Shown: positions 10,541 to 20,749 of the stretch, piece after piece
How the letters are laid out: each line of letters opens with the position of its first letter
Numbering within the stretch: position 1 is the stretch's first letter
Sequence record: DRR378314_1792
DNA: 64,000 nucleotides
Direction: 5' to 3' (one strand)
Translations under genes and position numbers: made by a program
The notes under the pieces: model-generated
What the model was told of the DNA's origin: nothing
Database searches by the model: none
Seen by the model: the letters and a program-made list of their open reading frames with translations, nothing else

Positions 10541-11725
10541 CTACTTATAGGGGTCCGCCGCGTCCCTGAGGCCATCACCCAGGAAGTTAAACGCCAGAAC
10601 AACAATAATAACAGGAACAACCGGATACATAAGCCAAGGGGTTGTCGCCACGGCATTAATATTCGTGGTCTCATTCAGCAACACCCCCCATGAGGTAATC
10701 GGTGGCCGCAAACCAAGCCCCAAAAAGGACAGTGCCGTCTCCCCAAGGATCATACTGGGAACGGCCAGACTGGCACTCGCGATCAAGTGAGACGCAAAAG
10801 AAGGGAGAAGATGTCGCCCAATAACCCGGCTTGGGCTCGCCCCCATCAACTGGGCTGCCGTTGTGAAATCCTCCTCTCGAAGAGAGAGGAATTTCGATCG
10901 AACCGCCCTTGCAAGCCCCGGCCAATCCAATAAACCCAGAATGACCGATAGACCGAAAAACACCCAAATGGGCGACCAGGTCACCGGTAATGCCGCCGAC
11001 AGCGCAAGCCACAACGGTAGCTGCGGCAAGGATTTCAAAAGCTCAATGGTTCGCTGGATGATGTTATCAATCCATCCGCCGTAATAACCGGATATCCCAC
11101 CTAACACAATTCCCAGTGTGAAACTGATGATAATACCGATCAGCCCGATCGTCAGGGAAATACGCGTCCCATATATAATCCGCGAGAAAATATCTCGACC
11201 TAACCGGTCAGTACCCAGCCAGAAAAAAGTCGCCCGGCGTTGATCATCAGCGCAAATCAGATGCGTATCGGCGTCGATCAGTCCCCACATCTTGTATTCA
11301 TCGCCGCCACAGAAATAGCGAAGGGTATAAATCCGGCTTTTATCAACGCGATATTCCCGTTGCAATGTCTCCAGATTCAATTTCTGCCGATATCCATAGA
11401 CAAACGGTGCCCGAAGCTCCCCTTCATGGAAAATATGAACGGATTGGGGCGGTGCAAAGATATTGCGCGTATTTCGGCTGTGCAGCTCATAAGGCGCCAG
11501 GAACTCAGCAAAGAGCGTAGAGAGATAAAACAGCAACAGAATGATACCGCTAATCACCGCAAGACGATGTCGGCAGAATTTCCACCACATCATCTTCCAC
11601 TGAGAAGCCATGTAGTATTTTTCCTGCTCCGGTGACAGTTTCTCAACGGAAAGTGGATCAAACGGCTCTTTGGAATGCCAGTGTTCTAAGCGGCCGTCCC
11701 GGCCATTATTAAACGACTCGCTCAT
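10541..11725 (-). CDS. Opp/Dpp-type ABC transporter permease (OppC-like)
   Basis: LGTDRLGRDIFSR, EAA loop (FTTAAQLMGAS), AFNFLGDGLRDAADP. Confidence 0.95.
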   Translation of the reverse strand: MSESFNNGRDGRLEHWHSKEPFDPLSVEKLSPEQEKYYMASQWKMMWWKFCRHRLAVISGIILLLFYLSTLFAEFLAPYELHSRNTRNIFAPPQSVHIFHEGELRAPFVYGYRQKLNLETLQREYRVDKSRIYTLRYFCGGDEYKMWGLIDADTHLICADDQRRATFFWLGTDRLGRDIFSRIIYGTRISLTIGLIGIIISFTLGIVLGGISGYYGGWIDNIIQRTIELLKSLPQLPLWLALSAALPVTWSPIWVFFGLSVILGLLDWPGLARAVRSKFLSLREEDFTTAAQLMGASPSRVIGRHLLPSFASHLIASASLAVPSMILGETALSFLGLGLRPPITSWGVLLNETTNINAVATTPWLMYPVVPVIIVVLAFNFLGDGLRDAADPYK

Positions 11726-12750
11726 TTAGTGGCCCCCCCGGTCAACCGAATTCTGGGATCAAGGACAGCCAGCAGCAGATCCGAAATAAACACGCCGATG
11801 ACAGTCAATAGAGCCAGGAACATCAAGAAAGATCCCGCCAAATACTGATCCTGACTGCGCAGCGCGTCCAGCAGCATTGGGCCCGCTGTCGGCAAGCTCA
11901 GCACAGCGCTTACTATCACAGACCCTGAGATCACGTCTGGTAGCAGATTTCCAATATCGGCAATAAAGGGATTTAGGGACATCCGGATAGGATATTTAAC
12001 CAATGCCCTGATTTTCGGCACCCCCTTAGCCTTAGCCGTCGTTACATATTGCTTTTGCAATTCATCAAGAAGATTGGCACGCAGCCGCCGGATCATCGCC
12101 GCTGTCCCACTGGTGCCGATCACAATGACCGGAATAATCATGTGATCCAGGACGGACAAAGCCTTATCGACACTCCATGGCTGATCCAGGTATTGTTCGT
12201 CCATCAATCCGCCGATGGACAGGCCGAAATAATAGTTGGCATAATAGAGCAACACCATGGCGAGCAGAAAGTTAGGCGTCGCCAGGCCCAGATATCCGAT
12301 CAGGGTAAATCCGTAATCTCCAATAGAATATTGTCGGGTTGCCGAATATACACCGATCGGAAACGCCACGATATATATGAATATGATGGTCGAAAAATTG
12401 ACCACGAAAGTCAGGAACATTCGATCGCCAAGGACTTCGGTGACAGGCAGATCATAAGCAAAACTATGTCCCCAATCCCCCTGCAGCAAACCTGAAAACC
12501 CATCGGGTCCCGGCCAAAAGCCCATCCAGATGGCATATTGTTCTATTAACGGTTTATCCAGCGAATATTGCTCCCGGAGGAACGTAATTTTGGCGGCCGC
12601 CGTTGCACTTTCCCCTTGCGCCTTCAATTCCTGAAGCTGGTTGGAAAGATAGTCGCCTGGCGGCAGCTGAATGATAATAAACGTCAAGATACTAACCACC
12701 AAAAGAGTGGGTATCATGATGAGCAGTCTCTGGATAAAGTAACTGAACAT
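11722..12750 (-). CDS. Opp/Dpp-type ABC transporter permease (OppB-like)
   Basis: GDWGHS, QYVTTAKAKG, DLLLAVLDPRIR. Confidence 0.95.
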   Translation of the reverse strand: MFSYFIQRLLIMIPTLLVVSILTFIIIQLPPGDYLSNQLQELKAQGESATAAAKITFLREQYSLDKPLIEQYAIWMGFWPGPDGFSGLLQGDWGHSFAYDLPVTEVLGDRMFLTFVVNFSTIIFIYIVAFPIGVYSATRQYSIGDYGFTLIGYLGLATPNFLLAMVLLYYANYYFGLSIGGLMDEQYLDQPWSVDKALSVLDHMIIPVIVIGTSGTAAMIRRLRANLLDELQKQYVTTAKAKGVPKIRALVKYPIRMSLNPFIADIGNLLPDVISGSVIVSAVLSLPTAGPMLLDALRSQDQYLAGSFLMFLALLTVIGVFISDLLLAVLDPRIRLTGGATK

Positions 12751-12765
12751 GCCTGTTAGATCCCC

Positions 12766-14664
12766 CTAGCCATCGGCCTTGAACCAGAACAGGTCTGGAT
12801 GGTACATACCAAAATGCGCGCCGGGGTCCCAATTAAAGATCGCCTTCTCGGGCACGTTCTGAAGCGTATCCATAACGACGATTGGGTGCAAAATCCCGCT
12901 GACCACCCCAATGGTAAATTGCTGATCGGCATGTATTGCCAGCATCTCTTTCCAGATACGGGTTCGCTCCGCGTCTGTCTTGGAAACCCGCCACTCCGTG
13001 TAAAGCTCATATAGGCGCTCTACCTCTGGCATATCGACAGGTTCACCGGATTTCCCTTTGGTTTCGTAATATTGACCCCATTTAGGCCACTGATACCCAA
13101 CTTGTGTGGTAGGGGCCAGCAAGGCTGGACTTGCACTGGGTGTCGCCACCCCATTTTCAAATCCAGACCACACTGAAATCAACGTCTCACCCGCGAAAAT
13201 TCGATTTCGAAAAATCGCTCTCTGAGAGGGTTTGGTATAAAGAGCGATCCCCACTTCTTTCCAGCTATCGCGGATCAATTCCAGCACATCGGTCTGTTCA
13301 GTGCTTTCACCTGCTGTTTCCACAATGATGGATAAAGGCGTGCCATCCTCCATTAACCGAATGCCATTATCATCCCGCTCCGTGAAACCGATTTCATCCA
13401 ACAGTGCGTTCGCCTTGTCAAAATCCAGATATGCCCACTCTTTCTGGAAGCGTTCTTCATACAGCTCGCTTTGCGTCTGAACCGTATTGTTCCCTTCTTT
13501 GGCCAACCCAAAAAACAGCACATCATTAACTTCCGCCCGGTCAATGGCGAGGGACAAGGCCCGGCGGAACCGGACATCCCGGATAAGCTTACGCCATTTA
13601 GGATCCACCACATTCAGATTAGGATACAGCACAAAGTGGGAGCCCCGTACAGTCGGCCACAACAACGTTTTATATTGTGATCGTTTTTCATTAGCCTTCA
13701 AGAAGGTCGCATCCTGCAACTTCAGGGCACGCGCCTGCAGGTCCACATCCCCCGAAGCGGCCTTGGCTGAAATCAATTTCGGCTCCGAAACAGAGAGAAT
13801 GACCCGGTCAATATAAGGCAGTTGGCGCCCGGCTTGATCTACCCGATGGAAATAGGGGTTTCGCTCTCCGACAAAGCGATTTGCCGGGGCCGAGGTCGTG
13901 TTCCGCCAGGGCTGCAGTGTGGGGAGATCCGGATTATCAAATTTATAAAGATTATCCAGCCGGTTATGTTGTGATGCCCAGGCCTTGAACTTGATCTTCT
14001 GGATCTTGTTCATCTTGGACTTATCCACATACCGATCATGGTAAGGCTTCAGATAGTGAGCTGGCCGATAGATCAATAAGGGTGCAGCGCTTGCAAGCAG
14101 GCTCAGAAAATCCGGATTGGGGCTGGACCATTCATACCGGACGGTCGTTGCATCGGGAAAAGAGACTTTCGGCGCTTCGCCATTCACTAAAAGGGTTGCT
14201 GGCGGACCCGTCGGCGACAGTTTTGAGTTATTCGCCACATCCTCCCACCAATATCTGAAATCCTCAGAGGTAAAAGGCGCGCCATCAGACCAGCGGTGAT
14301 TTTTGCGAAGCTTGAAGGTGAAAATCCGGTTTTCCTCAACTTCAAAACTCTCTGCAATATCCGGGACGATGCGCAAATCCGGCGTATAGGATACCAAACG
14401 GGCGTACCCATAGACGAACATCAGTTTTACATCTGCAGCATTACCGATCAGGCTATTCAAAGTCCCCCCATATTGCCCCAGCATCTGATCTTCGAAAAAG
14501 GGGAGGACCCTGGGCGTTTCCGGGAGCCGGTCTTGAACAGATGGCAAATCACCCGACTGAACTGCGGCGGCAAAATAAGGAACTTCCGGGATTTCATTGG
14601 CCAAAGATGGTTGGCTAAATCCCGAAAAACAGAATAAAAGTAGCAGGCAGATTAGGTTCTTCAT
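12766..14664 (-). CDS. Family 5 ABC substrate-binding protein
   Basis: Signal peptide; GDLPSVQDRLPETP, FKLRKNHRWSDGAPFTSED, RNPYF, FRRALSLAIDR. Confidence 0.93.
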   Translation of the reverse strand: MKNLICLLLLFCFSGFSQPSLANEIPEVPYFAAAVQSGDLPSVQDRLPETPRVLPFFEDQMLGQYGGTLNSLIGNAADVKLMFVYGYARLVSYTPDLRIVPDIAESFEVEENRIFTFKLRKNHRWSDGAPFTSEDFRYWWEDVANNSKLSPTGPPATLLVNGEAPKVSFPDATTVRYEWSSPNPDFLSLLASAAPLLIYRPAHYLKPYHDRYVDKSKMNKIQKIKFKAWASQHNRLDNLYKFDNPDLPTLQPWRNTTSAPANRFVGERNPYFHRVDQAGRQLPYIDRVILSVSEPKLISAKAASGDVDLQARALKLQDATFLKANEKRSQYKTLLWPTVRGSHFVLYPNLNVVDPKWRKLIRDVRFRRALSLAIDRAEVNDVLFFGLAKEGNNTVQTQSELYEERFQKEWAYLDFDKANALLDEIGFTERDDNGIRLMEDGTPLSIIVETAGESTEQTDVLELIRDSWKEVGIALYTKPSQRAIFRNRIFAGETLISVWSGFENGVATPSASPALLAPTTQVGYQWPKWGQYYETKGKSGEPVDMPEVERLYELYTEWRVSKTDAERTRIWKEMLAIHADQQFTIGVVSGILHPIVVMDTLQNVPEKAIFNWDPGAHFGMYHPDLFWFKADG

Positions 14665-16553
14665 GCTCTCAATTCCTCAATCGTTGTCCCTTCATGCACA
14701 CGGACAAAATGCCCGCTTCCCATATCAAGCATGAGGGGAGCTGCATCTTCACTGATTGTAAAGGGAGCTTCCCATGCCGCCGGATTGGATGCTTTTTCAG
14801 AAACCAAATGATCAAAATCGAGCCGATGCTCCGGATTGGGTTCAGGAACAGCAGCCAACAACCGTTTTGTATAAGGATGGATCGGATTTTTAAAAAGAAC
14901 ATCCTTTGGTGCCGTTTCAACCAAACGTCCCTGGCACATCACCGCAATACGATCAGCAATATAGTCCACAACTGCAAGATTATGGGAAATGAACAGATAT
15001 GTCAGGCCCAGCTCTTTTTGCAGATCTTTGAGCAAATTCAGTATTTGCGCCTGAATGGAAACATCAAGAGCCGAAACAGGTTCATCACAAATCAACAGAT
15101 CCGGTTTCAAGGCGAGGGCCCGTGCAATACCGATCCGTTGGCGCTGTCCCCCGGAAAAAGAATGGGGGTATCGGCGCAGGAACCGAACATCCAAGCCAAC
15201 CAGTTCCATCAATTCCTTAACAGTATCTTCCCGCTCTTTTTGCGTTCCAATCTTATGGATCACCAACGGCTCGGAAATAATATCGAAAACTGTCATGCGC
15301 GGATTTAAAGAGGAAAAGGGGTCCTGGAAAATGAACTGGACCTTGCTTCGATAATCAAAAAGCTGGGCCTGGTTCATATTCAGGACATTCAAATCCTGCC
15401 CCCGGTCATTATAGACCACCTCCCCGGAGGTCGCGCTAAGCGCCCTCAGGATCACTTTTGAAAGCGTTGTTTTTCCGCAGCCCGACTCGCCAACAAGCCC
15501 AAGGCACTCACCCGGGTTAATGAAAAAACTAACATGATCTACAGCCCGAATTGAACCACCGGGCTTATTACCAATTATAGTGGTTTTGCGGGTGTTAAAA
15601 TCTTTTGTCAGGTTTTTCACCGACAGGATAGGCTGACTTTCTGTACCCGCCATATCCCTGGGGTTGGCCTGCGCCAGAAACTTACTATCTGAATTACGGG
15701 TAATTTCACGGATCGGGGTCAACCGCTCCCCCTCCTGCATATCAAAGCGGGGAACTGCTTTGAGAAGCGCTTTCAGATAGGGATGGCTGGGGTCACGAAA
15801 AATATCTTCAAGCGTGCCCTGCTCCATGATTTTTCCGTGATACATGACGACAACTTCGTCGGCCATGCTGGCCACAACACCCAGATCATGGGTGATGAGC
15901 AAGATCGCCATTTGCAGCTTTTCCTGCAATTTTTGCATTAAATCCAGTATTTGCGCCTGGATGGTTACATCCAGCGCAGTTGTTGGCTCATCCGCGATCA
16001 ACAAAGCTGGATTGCAGATCATCGCCATGGCGATCATCGCCCGTTGACGCAACCCACCTGAAAGCTCAAACGGGTAGGTATTCACTGCGGCCTCAGGATC
16101 TGGAAATCCAACCAGACGCAGCATGTCGATTGTCAGCTCCCGCCCTTCTTCTTTTGTTTTCTTCTGGTGCAGATGAAGCGCTTCTGAGATTTGATTCCCG
16201 ATGGTATGCAAGGGGGACAGGGACGTCATCGGTTCCTGGAAAATAATGGTAATACGCCCACCGCGGATCTGCCGCATTTCCTTACTATCAGGCTTTAATC
16301 GGGCAATATCATAAAAATTACCTGGCTTGTCTGGATCGAAGAACAGAATTTCCCCATCCGTAATATGGGCAGATCTAGGGAGGATCGACATAATCGCCTG
16401 ACTAATGACAGATTTTCCAGATCCACTTTCCCCAACCAGAGCGACAGTTTTCCCCATGGGAACCCGAAAACTGACCCCATCGACAGCTTTTACAGTGCCT
16501 TCTGCAACACGAAATTCGATCTTAAGATCTCGAACAAGCAACACGTTGGACAT
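14661..16553 (-). CDS. ABC ATP-binding protein with two fused NBDs (OppD/OppF-like)
   Basis: Two Walker A ([16 protein letters not shown]), two signatures ([16 protein letters not shown]), ADEPT/CDEPV. Confidence 0.95.
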   Translation of the reverse strand: MSNVLLVRDLKIEFRVAEGTVKAVDGVSFRVPMGKTVALVGESGSGKSVISQAIMSILPRSAHITDGEILFFDPDKPGNFYDIARLKPDSKEMRQIRGGRITIIFQEPMTSLSPLHTIGNQISEALHLHQKKTKEEGRELTIDMLRLVGFPDPEAAVNTYPFELSGGLRQRAMIAMAMICNPALLIADEPTTALDVTIQAQILDLMQKLQEKLQMAILLITHDLGVVASMADEVVVMYHGKIMEQGTLEDIFRDPSHPYLKALLKAVPRFDMQEGERLTPIREITRNSDSKFLAQANPRDMAGTESQPILSVKNLTKDFNTRKTTIIGNKPGGSIRAVDHVSFFINPGECLGLVGESGCGKTTLSKVILRALSATSGEVVYNDRGQDLNVLNMNQAQLFDYRSKVQFIFQDPFSSLNPRMTVFDIISEPLVIHKIGTQKEREDTVKELMELVGLDVRFLRRYPHSFSGGQRQRIGIARALALKPDLLICDEPVSALDVSIQAQILNLLKDLQKELGLTYLFISHNLAVVDYIADRIAVMCQGRLVETAPKDVLFKNPIHPYTKRLLAAVPEPNPEHRLDFDHLVSEKASNPAAWEAPFTISEDAAPLMLDMGSGHFVRVHEGTTIEELRA

Positions 16554-16556
16554 CAG

Positions 16557-17078
16557 TTACTCTTTTCCCCATCCTTGGAAATGCTGATCCCCGGAATAAT
16601 CTTTCAGCAAGTCAAGGGCACGCAAATTCCTGACGGTGGACGAGTCAAGGACAAGTCCACGGTCTTTTGCAACCGCTGTACAAACTGCCACTAGATCACT
16701 GAACTCACTGATGGTTGATTCCACCCTCAAGCTGGTCCCCCTACTCTTTAATCTGAGTTGCATCCACCCTTTTTCTCCATCCCTTCGACTGGAAAAATAC
16801 GACAAACGCAAACCTTCAAGATCCTCCCAAAGGATTTCCCTTCGACCGTTGCCACAACAACTAATCCCGTCTTGTCCAAGGAAAACTGTCAAACGACTCC
16901 GGTAATATGATCGAATTCCATACAGAAAGAACAGGCAGAAAAGAAAACCCAACAAAGAAACAATGACAGATGATGGCCTGAACAACAAGAGGGGAACGCC
17001 GGTTAAAACCATTCCAATTCCGGCCCTGACATACTCTTTTCGGATCTCAGATGCCGGATATGTATATTTACGGGCCAT
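16557..17078 (-). CDS. Hypothetical membrane protein (2 TM plus small soluble domain)
   Basis: Two hydrophobic helices then a beta-rich segment (ILWEDLEGLRL), possibly bacterial PH-like; tightly packed in operon. Confidence 0.7.
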   Translation of the reverse strand: MARKYTYPASEIRKEYVRAGIGMVLTGVPLLLFRPSSVIVSLLGFLFCLFFLYGIRSYYRSRLTVFLGQDGISCCGNGRREILWEDLEGLRLSYFSSRRDGEKGWMQLRLKSRGTSLRVESTISEFSDLVAVCTAVAKDRGLVLDSSTVRNLRALDLLKDYSGDQHFQGWGKE

Positions 17079-17095
17079 TCACGCTTCTTTATTGC

Positions 17096-17881
17096 TTAGG
17101 TGTCGTCTTCCTCATCGAGGAGTTCATCAATGAGGGCCATAGCGCCCCTCAATGTCAGAAATCTTACGTTATTCTGACTATTCAGATATGACAAGAGCTT
17201 GAAAGTGATCGCCCATAAGCTTTCATCAAACATCAGATGATGGGTCAGCAACCCGGTTGGCTCGTTGACGTCCACCTCTTCGCACCGCCGAGCCTTCAGA
17301 TGACGAATGAGGTCCTGAAGAATGTCTTTCTCCGGCCGTGCGCTTCGATGACCTTTCCACAGCACCGGATCAACATGAGTATTTATCTCGGCCAGTCCGG
17401 GAAAAGGACAAGCAGCTTTTCTAGGCTGAAACCGGGAAAGCCCCGCAAACCCCAGCTTCTTTAAAGTTGGTAAATGAAGATCTGCAAAACGGTTCCATGG
17501 CGGAACAAAAAACGCGAAAAAATCATCAGCAAACAATTCTTCCATTCGATATTTGCCAACCCGAAGCTGATCTTCAACCTCCGCTGGGTCCCGGTTTACT
17601 GGAAATTCAGATTTTTTGGCCCCTTCGGCGGCAAAAGAATGATGGGTTACCCCATGCTGCACCAACTCACACCCCTCCAGCTCCGAGGCAATGCGGGGAT
17701 CCACGTTGTCCGGAATGGTGGCAAGGGTGAGAGGGATATCAAATTGATGGCGCAGATGCAGCAGCCGATCCAGCGCCTGCGTGGGCTCATTCAGGTCATC
17801 ATCCCGCCACCAGAAAGTGGCAATCTTTCCACTTTCAGCCCATGCGGCCAGTTCGGTATCCAGTTCATCCCAATCTGTCAT
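17096..17881 (-). CDS. Cytoplasmic NodB/CE4-like polysaccharide deacetylase
   Basis: FWWRDDD, QHGVTH, FVPPWN, LLTHH motifs; no signal peptide. Confidence 0.85.
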   Translation of the reverse strand: MTDWDELDTELAAWAESGKIATFWWRDDDLNEPTQALDRLLHLRHQFDIPLTLATIPDNVDPRIASELEGCELVQHGVTHHSFAAEGAKKSEFPVNRDPAEVEDQLRVGKYRMEELFADDFFAFFVPPWNRFADLHLPTLKKLGFAGLSRFQPRKAACPFPGLAEINTHVDPVLWKGHRSARPEKDILQDLIRHLKARRCEEVDVNEPTGLLTHHLMFDESLWAITFKLLSYLNSQNNVRFLTLRGAMALIDELLDEEDDT

Positions 17882-19038
17882 GCGCGCTCAGACAGCCATT
17901 GTCGCAACAAAGCGACCGTACTATCAGTTCCCGATACATCAATCTTGGCAAAGGCGGGAGGTCCATTATAGGCAAGATCGACTTTTTCCGCCAAGCTGGC
18001 AGGAGTTAAGCCGCCTTCCTCGGCAATTTGCAGCACGCCTTTAGCAGCCAGTAATTCCGCTCTCAAGGTCTGTTCGGTCTCCAAACCGCCGGCATAGGGA
18101 ACAATGACCGCGCGGCATTTGGCATGTAGGACTTCCATCACCGTATTATATCCCCCTTGAGAAATTGACAACGTACAGTTCATCAATAAAGTCGTAAAAT
18201 CTTTACGTGCCCGCTCAATAATAACGCCCGGCCCGGCCAGTTGTTCAAGCTCCTCGAACAACTCGTCTTCAACAGTCACCCCGACCATGCAGCGCCATGT
18301 TTTTTCGGCAAGAGAGGTGAGCGGTTTTGCAAGTATGGCCGTCTTCAAAAGGTGATGGCCAACGGCCCCACCGCCGCTAGAGACAATAACTTCCTCAAAG
18401 CCCGGCGCATCCGCGCCACCTTTAAGACCCGTTCGGTCCACCACATAGCCGGTGTAGAAGATCTGGTCTTTGATCGCTTCAGTATGAGGGAAAGTCCGAT
18501 CCAGGGAAATCAGGTTTGGATCACCATGCACCAGCACCTTATCAAAATAGGTCCGAACCAGATCCAGCATTTCATCATTGCGGCCCGGTTTGGTCTGGGC
18601 GACAAGAATATCCCGCACCGATGATAAAATCAGTGGCGGCTTTGCTGCAGATTTCGCGGCCTCTAGCAGTGGTAAAAGCTCAAACCGCATCTGACGGCGA
18701 CCGAAGGGGAAAAGTTCTGTGATCAGTACGTCCGGTTTGACACGGTTATACACCTCCAAAAGCCGGGCAGCGCGCATTTCCCGCCAACTGTCATCAATGG
18801 CATTGCCGTCTTCATCCACAAGCTGTTTAAAAAAAAGATCTGTCGCGCGGGTTGCCGGCAGCTGGACAATTTCGGCGCCTTGCAAATCAATATTTATAGG
18901 ATGGCCGCCCGAGACAACCGTAACCTCAAATCCTGCACGCACAAGGTTTCGAGCCAATGTCACGGTTCGGCGTAAGTGGCCAATTCCCAGCAGATGCTGA
19001 ACATAAAAGAGAACTTTAGGTGCCGTGTTTTGTTCCAT
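17878..19038 (-). CDS. GT-B glycosyltransferase (GT28/GT1-like)
   Basis: YVQHLLGIGHL, ELFPFGR, SQGGYNTVME, EQTLRA; start ATG 19038 overlaps upstream stop (TAATG). Confidence 0.88.
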   Translation of the reverse strand: MEQNTAPKVLFYVQHLLGIGHLRRTVTLARNLVRAGFEVTVVSGGHPINIDLQGAEIVQLPATRATDLFFKQLVDEDGNAIDDSWREMRAARLLEVYNRVKPDVLITELFPFGRRQMRFELLPLLEAAKSAAKPPLILSSVRDILVAQTKPGRNDEMLDLVRTYFDKVLVHGDPNLISLDRTFPHTEAIKDQIFYTGYVVDRTGLKGGADAPGFEEVIVSSGGGAVGHHLLKTAILAKPLTSLAEKTWRCMVGVTVEDELFEELEQLAGPGVIIERARKDFTTLLMNCTLSISQGGYNTVMEVLHAKCRAVIVPYAGGLETEQTLRAELLAAKGVLQIAEEGGLTPASLAEKVDLAYNGPPAFAKIDVSGTDSTVALLRQWLSERA

Positions 19039-19619
19039 TATGGCTTTTCCAATCGTATGTTTGGCCGTTCTGCTGTTGGCTGTCCATCTTTGCCAATGAA
19101 AAACAGATGGGCAGCTTCCCACTGATACGCAACCGGCAACTCGTTCTTCATATCCCAATTGTAAGCCAGTGACTGCATCGCCCTCATAACACCTTTATGT
19201 GTTACTGCGATAGTCGGCGACTTTAATTCGGTTAAAAAGGATAACAAGCGCTCTCTTACATGGCGGGGCGACTCCCCTTTCGGGGGTTTCATATCCAAAC
19301 CTAGGCTTTCATTCTGTATCATTTCGCCTCCGAAATGAGCGCGAAGGTCTTTTATCGTATGACCTTCCCAAAGACCGAAGTCCATCTCGATCAACCGATC
19401 GTCAAGGTCTATCTCCTTTGCCCCCAATAACTGGGCGGTCTGAACGGCGCGTTTCAGCGGACTACTAACCCAGTTATACTCCTGAAATTCCTGTGGAATC
19501 TGACATTTCTGAAGGTTTGAAACGCCCTTGGGACACAATGGAATGTCACGGCGCCCCTGCAATTTCTTGGCTAGGTTCCACTCCGTTTTACCATGCCGGA
19601 TCAACACTAATGGGATCAT
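19038..19619 (-). CDS. Histidine phosphatase (phosphoglycerate mutase superfamily)
   Basis: LIRHGKTEWN, SSPLKRA, EMDFGLWEG, VTHKG. Confidence 0.92.
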   Translation of the reverse strand: MIPLVLIRHGKTEWNLAKKLQGRRDIPLCPKGVSNLQKCQIPQEFQEYNWVSSPLKRAVQTAQLLGAKEIDLDDRLIEMDFGLWEGHTIKDLRAHFGGEMIQNESLGLDMKPPKGESPRHVRERLLSFLTELKSPTIAVTHKGVMRAMQSLAYNWDMKNELPVAYQWEAAHLFFIGKDGQPTAERPNIRLEKP

Positions 19620-20749
19620 TGGCCCAATCCCTGCAGATGGGTATTCAATAATACAGATGCCGCCTGTAGGCTGCGTTCTTTTTGCACAAAAAGGGTGGCT
19701 TGTTCAGACAAACGGTTCACTTCATCCGGGTTTTTCTGCAAGGACATAATCTGTTCCGCCATGGCTTTCATGTCCCCTTCAGCCACAAGGTATCCCGTAT
19801 GACCATCCTGAACCACATCCGGGACACCTCGAACACGCCCTGCAATCACAGGCGTTCCTGCCCACTCAGCTTCCAGCAAAGCCATTCCATACGCCTCCCC
19901 GCAAGCGGGCCAAACATATAAGTCTGCGCCTTCGTAAAGCGCTGCCAAATCCGCCCCATCGCGCCGACCCAGGTAGCAGACACGGTCTCCGTATGATTTG
20001 AAAAGGGTTTTGACCTTTGCTTCGCACTCTCCATCACCGACAATAATCAGTTTCCAGCCAGCAGGCGGCAGAAAGGACAGCATTTCAGCCAATTGTGTAT
20101 AGGAGTTCATCTTATCACCGGGACGCATCATGGCCACGGTCAAGAGTTTGAGATCCGGCGTATTGATATCTGCTGATGACAAGGCTGTCACAATATCCGA
20201 AGAAACCGTTTCATTCAGACTTTCTGCAGGTTTCATAAATGGTGGCATTTTCACCAGCTTATCGGCGTTCCAAACAAGATCCTTCAAACAATTGCCGTCC
20301 AGATCTGTCATATAAAACACCCGATCAGCGCCCCGAATAGCTTGCGCAGCAGCTTCATACCCCAACGCCCAGGCCCCATCGGCCTGCTTGGGAGCATGGC
20401 TGGCTTCTGCAACGACATAAGGAATACCAAGCGCCTTTGAAACCAAAGGGCCGATCCAGTCTGGCGCTTTATGGTAGACATGATACGTAAACCACAGATC
20501 CGGTTTTACCTTGTCAGGATCCGCGTTAAATTCATTGAGAATTCGAACGACCTCTGCGGCGGCTTGATCCCGAAGCTGACCTTGAAGTTCCAAGTCGCCC
20601 TTCTTGTCATAAGATCTGTGATCTGACGCCAGATACACTTCATGGCCCGCAAGGCTCAATGCTTCCATAAAGAGCCGGGCAACCCGTCGATCCCCAGAAG
20701 GAATCACATGAGTAGGGGCTTTCAAGGGTGCATAAAACGCAATTCTCAT
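19616..20749 (-). CDS. GT4-family glycosyltransferase
   Basis: MRIAFYAPLK start (ATGA overlap), SGDR, EAYGMALLE (EX7E). Confidence 0.9.
   Translation of the reverse strand: MRIAFYAPLKAPTHVIPSGDRRVARLFMEALSLAGHEVYLASDHRSYDKKGDLELQGQLRDQAAAEVVRILNEFNADPDKVKPDLWFTYHVYHKAPDWIGPLVSKALGIPYVVAEASHAPKQADGAWALGYEAAAQAIRGADRVFYMTDLDGNCLKDLVWNADKLVKMPPFMKPAESLNETVSSDIVTALSSADINTPDLKLLTVAMMRPGDKMNSYTQLAEMLSFLPPAGWKLIIVGDGECEAKVKTLFKSYGDRVCYLGRRDGADLAALYEGADLYVWPACGEAYGMALLEAEWAGTPVIAGRVRGVPDVVQDGHTGYLVAEGDMKAMAEQIMSLQKNPDEVNRLSEQATLFVQKERSLQAASVLLNTHLQGLGQ

Noticed and set aside
19039-19158. N-terminal extension of the GT in the ORF track; likewise 20750-20794, 44875-45012 and 60140-60187
   Set aside because: Deep overlaps with neighbouring genes; downstream starts fit the family N-termini and gene spacing better.
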